64,000 nt of DNA, from the NCBI GenBank assembly GCA_965263355.1, contig CBDHHL010000035.1:1-64000 (forward strand), in the 5' to 3' direction. The position numbers were made by a program, and so were the translations under genes. Below, one piece after another: positions 10,304 to 17,488 of this stretch; position 1 is the first letter of the stretch; the number at the start of each line of letters is the position of its first letter. The DNA comes from Leptolyngbyaceae cyanobacterium (lineage in GTDB: Bacteria > Cyanobacteriota > Cyanobacteriia > Phormidesmidales > Phormidesmidaceae). Under the pieces are notes generated by a model that was given only the letters and a program-made list of their open reading frames with translations, ran no database searches and was not told the DNA's origin.

Positions 10304-10723
10304 CTTGGAAGAAAGGAACAATCAAATTAGCTGCTGCTCAGGCGATTTTTCATCAATTTGACATTCAACCAATAATGTCTGAGATAGACCCTAGCAAACC
10401 CATTGGCTACTCTGCACTCATCCCAGGCCACGAAAATCGAATCAAGAGCACCGGCCTGACTGATTTGTGCACGGTAGTTGTTGAGAAGTTGACATTAAGA
10501 GAGGATTAAAATGGATATTCTGTTATTTGGCTTAATAGCCATGGCTATCATGGCGATAGAAAACATCTTCACTTCTGACGCTAGCAGAAAGCAAAATAAA
10601 AAAATTGCTTTCTTGCAAGAAGAAATTGACGAACTAAATAAACAAGTGAACATCCTCAAAAATCAAGCCAAACGATTGGAAACTTTAGAGGAGATTGTAA
10701 TTGATCGTGAAACGCTATAGAAA

Positions 10724-10993
10724 ATGATCGAAATCGCAGACGTAACAGATGATGAGGTCTATTACCCCTGTGGTTATTTTGAGTCTTTAGAAGAAGCAAA
10801 TGCTGCCATAGACTCTTATTTTCAAGAACGCGGCATACCACCGAATTTTGAGGCCACAGACGGATTCGTGATTAAGCTTGAACTAAGGGAGTTGCCCATT
10901 GGTTTGACGACTTCAAGGACCGTAGTCTCTCGACGTACTTGGACGGAAGAGTACGATTCAGAAAAAGATATCTATTACTGGGCTGAGCAATGA
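10724..10993 (+). CDS. Hypothetical acidic protein
   Basis: ORF in operon. Confidence 0.55.
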   Translation: MIEIADVTDDEVYYPCGYFESLEEANAAIDSYFQERGIPPNFEATDGFVIKLELRELPIGLTTSRTVVSRRTWTEEYDSEKDIYYWAEQ

Positions 10994-11373
10994 TTCTATT
11001 CTGGCCATCGGTGCCACTAAGCCAACGTGACAGGCTCCCCAGCAAACCTGGGCTCTACGCCGTGCGTTGGCTTTTTATTACTTGGTACGTTGGCAAGTCA
11101 GTGAACCTGAGAAACCGCTGGGAGGACCACCACCGATATCCCCAGGCGAAGCGGCTACCCTGGTGCAGGATTGCGTACTGCACTATGCACAAAGACGCAA
11201 TCCATGAGGCAGAAAGGAGACTGATTCGTCTCAACAAACGGCCCTGGACTTGGAATGATACGCGAGTGCCTAGCAAGCTGGAACTATGGCGAGGTGATGC
11301 GATTCGGGCAATACTGTCTTGGGTTTGTCTTATGGGATTGGGTTTGTTGGCTGTTGAGTTACTGGGAGGCTAG
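10990..11373 (+). CDS. GIY-YIG domain protein with C-terminal TM helix
   Basis: PGLYAV...WYVGKSVNLRNRW..HH and EAERRLI...P..N; hydrophobic tail. Confidence 0.7.
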   Translation: MILFWPSVPLSQRDRLPSKPGLYAVRWLFITWYVGKSVNLRNRWEDHHRYPQAKRLPWCRIAYCTMHKDAIHEAERRLIRLNKRPWTWNDTRVPSKLELWRGDAIRAILSWVCLMGLGLLAVELLGG

Positions 11374-11467
11374 AATAGTCTCGTCACTAATTTTGGAGCA
11401 CCCCACAGAGTCTTTGACCGACTGGGCGACTTCTTCCTCTGGTGGCAGAGAGATATAGTACTAACTT

Positions 11468-11492
11468 AGCCAGCCCCAATGCTGGCTTTTTT
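11468..11492 (+). terminator. Intrinsic terminator
   Basis: AGCCAGC-cccaat-GCTGGCT followed by a T-tract. Confidence 0.6.
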
Positions 11493-12361
11493 GTTAGAAT
11501 GACCTTGTTATCTCCGAAACAAATACTCCTGTGTTCTCCCCGTCTCGACCGACGGGGTTCTTTTTTGCGCGTATGGCCTTATTGACACTATCGCCTGAGC
11601 AAATTGTTATCCTTGAGGTGAACCTTCATCTTTCACAGACATGGATAACGCCTCTTTTTTCACAGACCACCTAGCTACCTGGTTGGGGAACGATATTGTC
11701 CTGCTTGCGCTAGGGCTGTTTACAGCTACCCCAAACCACACGACCAGGCCGCGTGGTTTCTGACCTCGTTGAAGAGATCAAGGAAAACTCCGCTTCACCT
11801 GAAGCGGACATGCTGAAGAAGCTGATCAAAGACTCATGAACAACCTTATCAAGCAGATCGGATTCGGCCTACTAACTGAGGTCGTCAAACAGCCCACAGT
11901 GCAGGACGTCGATATTGACACTGCTAAAGGGCTCAACCAATGGGCTAAGGATACGCTTAGGGTGGGTGAAGATAATCTACCATTCCCGTTCATCCATAGC
12001 GGGAACAAAGCGCTAGGGGGCAACTGGGACATCCCCGCTGACAGTTGGGGTATTGTTTTTCCGCTGCAGCGTCAGTTCTGTTTGCACCACGGGGGCAGCT
12101 CCTACAGGGTCATCAATGGCCGGACTCAGCCCATGGGTTTTTGAATTAGACTGGAGCAGTAATTTACACGAATTTAGTTTGTGTGAATGGGAACTTCTTT
12201 CAACCCTCGGCTACGGCTGGGGGTTTTATTTTGGATTTTTAGCAATGGCCGATCTTTAGGGAAGGCATTTAAAAGTTTTGGCCTGATTGATAAAACAAAA
12301 CCGCCCAAACCAGTTAAAGTAGGGCGGTTTTTTGCGAAGATGCGTTTAGTGTTAGCCTTCG

Positions 12362-12754
12362 TCAGGCAGTCTCAGAAAAGTTAGTAACTTTCGCTGAAGA
12401 CTCAAGTGCGGCCTCCTCTGATTCAAAGACCTGCCCGCCATAAAATTCTTCCCCTTCCTCGTCCGTGTACGCCCCTAGCCTGCCGCCTAACTGGACATAG
12501 GCACGAGCCATTACATAGCTATCATCGCTTAGCCGCACGATTTGGGCGGCAACATTGCTGGATCGATGGAAAACACCGTATTTCATATTCTTTCTCCTTT
12601 TAATTAATTCATCAATAGCAGCGGACTTGTTGTCCTGTTTATCCAGCCACTCTGCCGCCTCAGGGGACAGCATAAAGGGGCCTACCCGTTTTGTGCGACC
12701 AGAGGGCTTGCGGCCTGCCCCCTGTCGCTTGCCTCCGTGCCCCTTCTTAGGCAT
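12362..12754 (-). CDS. AT-hook/RHH-like regulator fused to a small unknown domain
   Basis: HGGKRQGAGRKP, then a beta-strand and LSPEAAEWLDKQDNKSAAIDELI. Confidence 0.6.
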   Translation of the reverse strand: MPKKGHGGKRQGAGRKPSGRTKRVGPFMLSPEAAEWLDKQDNKSAAIDELIKRRKNMKYGVFHRSSNVAAQIVRLSDDSYVMARAYVQLGGRLGAYTDEEGEEFYGGQVFESEEAALESSAKVTNFSETA

Positions 12755-12944
12755 TGGCGATTATTTCACCAGGCTCTACGTATTCCGCCAAGTGCCCCTC
12801 TAATGTGTAGCCGTTGTAGGGCTTCCCGCTCTCCCCGGTGAATGCTTCCTTATCATCAATAGAGCAGAAACGAATCAGGGCGTTCAGCAAACGACCTTGT
12901 TGGTCTTCGATGTAGATGCGGTCTTGGTCAAACGAAACTCTCAT
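12747..12944 (-). CDS. Hypothetical moron protein
   Basis: Minus-strand promoter TTGACG-17-TATGAT (12998-12970), overlapped by inverted repeat CTTGATTG/CAATCAAG. Confidence 0.6.
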   Translation of the reverse strand: MRVSFDQDRIYIEDQQGRLLNALIRFCSIDDKEAFTGESGKPYNGYTLEGHLAEYVEPGEIIANA

Positions 12945-13090
12945 AAATCTTCCTCAGTAACTTGATTGCATCATAAACAATCAAGATGATGTCGTCAAGC
13001 GATTGCGGATTAATTTGACTTGGAAGAGGGCTCTTCCAACCGCAAGTTAAACTGTGCTAGGGTGGGGTCTAACCTTTAGAAGATAAAGTC

Positions 13091-13294
13091 ATGCCAAGAA
13101 AGAAAATAGGCGTCGCCCAGTGGGGGTGTTCGCTACCAATCAAGGCTAGAAAAGAACTCAAGGAAGTACTCAGAAACCTTGACTGCCTCTACAATGGGCA
13201 GCCAAGCTTAGGGGTTTTCCTTACAAGAATCTGGAAGGGTGAGTTAGTCGTCTCAAAAAAAATTGAGATGACTATTGACAAGGATAACCTCTAG
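13091..13294 (+). CDS. Small basic putative regulator upstream of the cassette island
   Basis: 67 aa, MPRKK start; overlaps the first cassette promoter. Confidence 0.45.
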   Translation: MPRKKIGVAQWGCSLPIKARKELKEVLRNLDCLYNGQPSLGVFLTRIWKGELVVSKKIEMTIDKDNL

Positions 13295-13339
13295 AAGTTA
13301 TAACTGAATCAGTTAAGGCAAGGAGCCGAAAGAAAGATG
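13275..13339 (+). promoter_or_regulatory. Promoter-operator-RBS cassette, copy 1
   Basis: TTGACA-18-TATAAC, palindromes ATAAC(C)TCTAGA(A)GTTAT and TAACTGA-A-TCAGTTA, RBS AGGAG. 47 bp identical to 14342-14388. Confidence 0.85.
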
Positions 13340-13660
13340 ACAGCATTAGCCATTCTGAACACCACCATCGCTACCACTGATGGTGTATTCGAGGTCAAAA
13401 CTATTGACCTTGACACTGCCAAGGCCCTAGTCACGTCTAACTCACTAGACAGCGCAGTAGGGCATCAGTCCACTGCTGACGTGATGTCTACTCTCTTAGG
13501 GGTAGACATCCCCATGAATCGTCAAATGTTCGCTCAGAAGCCAGGTCAACAGGCCTTAGTTTTCAAGCTCAACGGACGTCCTCAGGAGGGGCAAATTATG
13601 AGCGCCGAGGAGATTGAAGAGATGGGTTACAGCTTTAAGCTGATGACCAGAACCGCATAA
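13337..13660 (+). CDS. acrIII-1: DUF1874 / STIV B116 / YddF family, AcrIII-1-type cA4 ring nuclease (anti-type III CRISPR)
   Basis: 107 aa with family motifs ILN, SAVGHQSTA (catalytic His), MNR, G..ALVFKLNGR..EG....EE. Confidence 0.85.
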   Translation: MTALAILNTTIATTDGVFEVKTIDLDTAKALVTSNSLDSAVGHQSTADVMSTLLGVDIPMNRQMFAQKPGQQALVFKLNGRPQEGQIMSAEEIEEMGYSFKLMTRTA

Positions 13661-13723
13661 CCGAAACCTAGGGGGCCTTCCCCCGATGGTCTGCCCAGTG
13701 TTGTGGCTGGGCACTGATGAGGT
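13660..13723 (+). ncRNA. Hammerhead ribozyme (type II topology)
   Basis: ACC-GAAA(13663-66); stem III ACC/GGU with GGGGG/CCCCC hairpin; GUC(13689-91); stem I UGCCCAG/CUGGGCA; CUGAUGA(13714-20); GGU. Confidence 0.85.
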
Positions 13724-13728
13724 AGCTG

Positions 13729-13911
13729 ATGACAATAACTAAAGCTCAAGTAGTCAGCAGCATAGCCTTCTGTGCTGTAAGTATGGCTAGTGCTAAAGCA
13801 GTGCTAGCCGAAACAGACAAGCCTCTCGCTGCAGCGCAAGGGGTAACCCAAGCTCTGGTCGGGGGTTTGGCAATGACATATTTGTACAGTAAAAAAGGGT
13901 TAATAAAATGA
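13729..13911 (+). CDS. Small hydrophobic protein
   Basis: Two hydrophobic segments; stop overlaps the next ATG. Confidence 0.5.
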   Translation: MTITKAQVVSSIAFCAVSMASAKAVLAETDKPLAAAQGVTQALVGGLAMTYLYSKKGLIK

Positions 13912-14063
13912 GAATAAGATACGTAGGCCGGTACAACAACGGCTCAGGTTATATGCAGTGGGCGGACACTCCTGTAGCAACAATTGCCGAGGCAAAGAAG
14001 CATGTCCAGGACATCGACTGGACCGATGTGGATGTTTGCAAGGTGAAAGAAACTGACAAGTGA
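13908..14063 (+). CDS. Small hypothetical protein (51 aa, below the ORF-track cutoff)
   Basis: ATGA overlap; MRIRYVGRYNNGSGYMQWADTP...KETDK*. Confidence 0.5.
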   Translation: MRIRYVGRYNNGSGYMQWADTPVATIAEAKKHVQDIDWTDVDVCKVKETDK

Positions 14064-14131
14064 GACAAGAGACGACTTTCCCTTCAACAGGGATGCCGTC
14101 GCGGTTGGAATGTTAGGGAAAGGTTGGTCAG

Positions 14132-14326
14132 ATGAATAAAATTTTTGTTGTTCATGGGCGAGATCCGTACGCTCATGAATTGGACTTTCCTGTTGATGGC
14201 TTTAACGGGAAAGTGTTTAAGGCATTTGAGTCTCCAGCTGCTGCAGAGCAATACAAGGAGACTTTGGAAAAACAACCAGGATGCTGGTCGTATTGGGTAA
14301 CCCAAGTTGTTTTACAGAAAAGTTGA
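14132..14326 (+). CDS. Small hypothetical protein
   Basis: 64-aa ORF ending just before cassette copy 2. Confidence 0.55.
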   Translation: MNKIFVVHGRDPYAHELDFPVDGFNGKVFKAFESPAAAEQYKETLEKQPGCWSYWVTQVVLQKS

Positions 14327-14334
14327 GATTCCCC

Positions 14335-14398
14335 TTGACGGGGATAACCTCTAGAAGTTATAACTGAATCAGTTAAGGCAAGGAGCCGGAGAAAGATG
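14335..14398 (+). promoter_or_regulatory. Promoter-operator-RBS cassette, copy 2
   Basis: TTGACG plus the same 47-bp core as copy 1, ending at ATG 14396. Confidence 0.85.
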
Positions 14399-14716
14399 CC
14401 AGCTTTTAAGATAGGAGCAGGGAATCTATCGAGCAGAGATTTTCCTTCTCGCGACAAAACTAGCAAGATCAAATTCGATGTATTCCAAAAGGAATACATC
14501 GAAGACAGCAGAAGATTTCTCTTCTGCTGGAAGTACCACGGCACCTATCTCATTAGGTGCTGGGTAGAGGTCGACGGGGTTACTGTTAATGTCCCAAGTG
14601 ACAAGCAGTGGACATGCGACCCCGGACGAGCTAAGGCAAGTGACCCATCGGTCACAATGTTACAGATTGAGGTCGAACTGGCCTCATTCATAGAATATGC
14701 GGAATGGGGAGGTTAA
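14396..14716 (+). CDS. Hypothetical protein under the cassette promoter
   Basis: Start defined by the cassette RBS. Confidence 0.7.
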   Translation: MPAFKIGAGNLSSRDFPSRDKTSKIKFDVFQKEYIEDSRRFLFCWKYHGTYLIRCWVEVDGVTVNVPSDKQWTCDPGRAKASDPSVTMLQIEVELASFIEYAEWGG

Positions 14717-14762
14717 ATACTCAGTCTCATGTTCCCGAGATCGTCCCAAACGCCAGAGTAAC
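14713..14762 (-). repeat. 50-bp duplicate of the 3' end of ORF 15215..16117
   Basis: 45/50 identical to 15215-15264; both encode YSGVWDDLGNMRLSI*. Confidence 0.9.
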
Positions 14763-14793
14763 ACTGAATCAGTTAAGGCAAAGGAGCCGAAAA

Positions 14794-15192
14794 ATGAACT
14801 ACCCAAACACCATAGACCTAACCCCGATAACTCAAGCTTTGTGTGCAGATGACAACAGCCGTGCCGCCAACACAATTCGTATGTTTCAAGATGAATACAA
14901 TACTCGGAAAGGGTATCTTAGGGGATACTCGAATGGAAACTACACAGATACGCTATCAAACATCCTAAGAGGAGTATATTTTGAAAACATCCAAGATCCG
15001 GATGTTGCCTTTGCATATCAGCAGGGGAAAGCAGCCCTGGACTGCCTATGCCAGCTTGCGCGCATGGGAACACATAGCGGAGTGGCGAGTGTCACCCTAG
15101 CAACGGATAAAACCATACTTGCAGAACTAACTAGATTTTCTGCGGAGTGGGGTCAAGACCTAGCGGCTAAGTGGCCGGAGTATCTAGAATGA
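14794..15192 (+). CDS. Hypothetical protein under truncated cassette copy 3
   Basis: ACTGAATCAGTTAAGGCAA-AGGAGCCG at 14763-14789 places the start at 14794 (MNYPNT). Confidence 0.7.
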   Translation: MNYPNTIDLTPITQALCADDNSRAANTIRMFQDEYNTRKGYLRGYSNGNYTDTLSNILRGVYFENIQDPDVAFAYQQGKAALDCLCQLARMGTHSGVASVTLATDKTILAELTRFSAEWGQDLAAKWPEYLE

Positions 15193-15214
15193 AAAGCATC
15201 CAGCGATACGATTT

Positions 15215-16117
15215 TTAGATGCTTAATCTCATGTTCCCGAGATCATCCCAAACGCCAGAGTAACTGTGATTTCCCTGGTGGTCGCGGGAACTCTGCTCAC
15301 AAATATTCCACAACCATAAATCAGCGCCATGATGTTCGCATTTGGCGCTGATTTCTCTATATATCTGTATTTGCGCTTTTCTGATAATAGACAGGTCCAC
15401 TGTAGACAATGCCGACGTCTCAAGCGCGACCTTAAGCCCAGCTCTTTGCAGTTCTCGCCAGAATGGGGGGAGATAATTTAGCCGCATTAGCGAAACTGAC
15501 CCCATGGCTGATATCTTCATCCACTGCACAGGGCCAACCTGCTTAGGAATTTCAGACTTTGTTCGATACAGGCTAATATAATCAGCCCCGATAAAACCTG
15601 AGGCAATGCCCTGTAAGTCTTCCAGTCGAGTTAGGATACTATCGCGATCGCTTTGCTGACGCATTCTATGCGATGAAATCCAAAGTTCTAATTCAGGATA
15701 TTCCGCATGGATGGATTTATAAAATTGAACTATTTCTGTCCAAAGATCGGTGTCACCACATAGGGTTAGCTCGCCTGCCAAGGTTATTTTTTTTATTCCT
15801 CGGCTGACACAGTGATTAACGATTGGTCTGGCTAGGTTGTTGACATGACCTTTTAAGGCTAAAGAATCTCGGCCTTTTAGCTCAGGATAACGGCAGACAA
15901 TTGGGTGAATGTGGATGTCGAGCCCGTCGGCCTGATCAAGTTGTTTGTCAAGCTCGGTTAAATCTGGGTTAGTGCCAAAATTGCCAAAATTGTCTCTTGA
16001 CACAGTAAGGCCATAGATCTTTCTGAAATCAGCCGCGATCACAGGCTTGATGCCATTGGCCCTAATTACATTTTGAGTGGCCAGTTTGTCAGGCGGGAAT
16101 TGAGAATAAAGTTGCAT
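15215..16117 (-). CDS. Hypothetical protein, possibly a glycoside-hydrolase-like TIM barrel
   Basis: Alternating beta/alpha pattern and C-terminal GVWD weakly reminiscent of GH10. Last gene of the tail operon. Confidence 0.35.
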   Translation of the reverse strand: MQLYSQFPPDKLATQNVIRANGIKPVIAADFRKIYGLTVSRDNFGNFGTNPDLTELDKQLDQADGLDIHIHPIVCRYPELKGRDSLALKGHVNNLARPIVNHCVSRGIKKITLAGELTLCGDTDLWTEIVQFYKSIHAEYPELELWISSHRMRQQSDRDSILTRLEDLQGIASGFIGADYISLYRTKSEIPKQVGPVQWMKISAMGSVSLMRLNYLPPFWRELQRAGLKVALETSALSTVDLSIIRKAQIQIYREISAKCEHHGADLWLWNICEQSSRDHQGNHSYSGVWDDLGNMRLSI

Positions 16118-16120
16118 AAT

Positions 16121-17113
16121 TTAGGGCGGCAGAGGTGAACAGAGATTTCCGTTGAAGCCTTCGTCGTCATCGCATTGACTATTAAAGAATTCATCCGGAC
16201 AATTCGGGCAACAAGACACTAACAACCAATCTGATTGTGTTTCCGACCAAATATAGTCACAGGGAGACGTAACCCCACCCACGACTTCGTAAGTAGTAAC
16301 GCGATCTCCCCTGATAAACGAATTAGGATCGGACGACGGAACCCCTTGGAAGAAATTCTTTGAACCGGAAGCCCTCCAAGTAGTGTTGGCCAAGTCATAC
16401 GTCCACAAGCGATCAACCACAGTATCATGGTGGCCCTCACCATCAACAGTGCCTGGTGGAGCTGGCGTAGTCGGCGGGCCTGCAACGTAATTAATGGGTG
16501 CGCCGCCACCACCACCAACAGGCCGCCACACATCAGCAGCTTGGTCGTAGATAGATAAAGAATTGTCGGTTGTGTTGTAGTGCAGCTGGCCGTTTACTGT
16601 CCCTGACGTGATCGGGCCATTGGGCTCAAACGCGACAACTACGCCGCCAGATGCTAACTTTACAAACTGGCCTAACTTTTGTATCCAAACATAAGCATTA
16701 GCTTCGTTATAGTTGCCTTGAATGCCAGTTTGCTCTAACCAAAGATCTCCGTTGGCCCCAAAATCACTGCCCTGAGTAGGCGACCTGAGAGGATATCTGA
16801 CTTGCGGTTGTGTTTGACTAACAGGCTGGTTAATCGTTTCTGTGCTGCTTCCTAATAGCTCTAACTGCCCCCCGGTCGATAACTGCCGAGACTGCCCGAT
16901 CGCTGGTTGCCGTGAAAGTTTCTGAACAGTGGACCTAGGGACTGTGAGAGAACCGCCCGACTCTGTTCTAAGTGTGATGCCCTCGGCACTACTGCCCGAC
17001 ACCGTGCCAGTAATAGTTGCAGCGCCGATTCCCGCCTCAACCATTTGTGCTTGAAGGCGTTGAGTCGTGCGTTGCTTATTTTTGCTGGCTAATCTTTGGG
17101 TTAGGGCAGTCAC
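16121..17113 (-). CDS. Tail fibre/tip-associated protein
   Basis: Repeated G.L.Y.T....L..YD....W modules and a Cys-rich end. Likely GTG start overlapping the upstream stop. Confidence 0.55.
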   Translation of the reverse strand: MTALTQRLASKNKQRTTQRLQAQMVEAGIGAATITGTVSGSSAEGITLRTESGGSLTVPRSTVQKLSRQPAIGQSRQLSTGGQLELLGSSTETINQPVSQTQPQVRYPLRSPTQGSDFGANGDLWLEQTGIQGNYNEANAYVWIQKLGQFVKLASGGVVVAFEPNGPITSGTVNGQLHYNTTDNSLSIYDQAADVWRPVGGGGGAPINYVAGPPTTPAPPGTVDGEGHHDTVVDRLWTYDLANTTWRASGSKNFFQGVPSSDPNSFIRGDRVTTYEVVGGVTSPCDYIWSETQSDWLLVSCCPNCPDEFFNSQCDDDEGFNGNLCSPLPP

Positions 17114-17478
17114 AGCTGAGTGAGGGTTGAAGCTAAAGTAAAGCTTTGACCAGTCGTTACAGATACACTTGATGGCAGAGCTAGCGGCCCCCAAATAACC
17201 GTGCCTGTTCGGTCAACTCCACGGGCATGAGTAGCAGTCCCGTTCGCCAATCCTGTCCCGGTCACTGGGCTATTAGTCAAACCCGTGGCCCCAGCTGTAA
17301 TGCTGCCGACAGCATAGGGATTTGTTAAGTCCAGGTCAAACTGAATTAGTGTTGTTGCAAAGCCAACCCCGTCGCCATATTCCCATCTAGGGGCCTGACT
17401 GGAACCATTGGCTAAATCGTTTGACGCGGCTATAACTTGCGCTTCTTTTGCTGAATCAGAAAGTGGAATTGAAACCAT
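17110..17478 (-). CDS. Small tail-fibre-related structural protein
   Basis: GTATHARG...G.VI..VSVTTGQSFTLAS resembles phage tail-fibre N-terminal modules. Confidence 0.5.
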   Translation of the reverse strand: MVSIPLSDSAKEAQVIAASNDLANGSSQAPRWEYGDGVGFATTLIQFDLDLTNPYAVGSITAGATGLTNSPVTGTGLANGTATHARGVDRTGTVIWGPLALPSSVSVTTGQSFTLASTLTQL

Positions 17479-17488
17479 TTTTGCCTCC

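Noticed and set aside
13275..14796. Promoter repeats (also 26555-28146) as CRISPR arrays or integron attC sites
   Set aside because: Spacing is gene-sized, the repeats contain promoter or RBS elements, and no tyrosine integron integrase was seen.
14713..15264. Diversity-generating retroelement TR/VR pair
   Set aside because: The differences are synonymous transitions, not adenine-specific, and no reverse transcriptase is present in the window.
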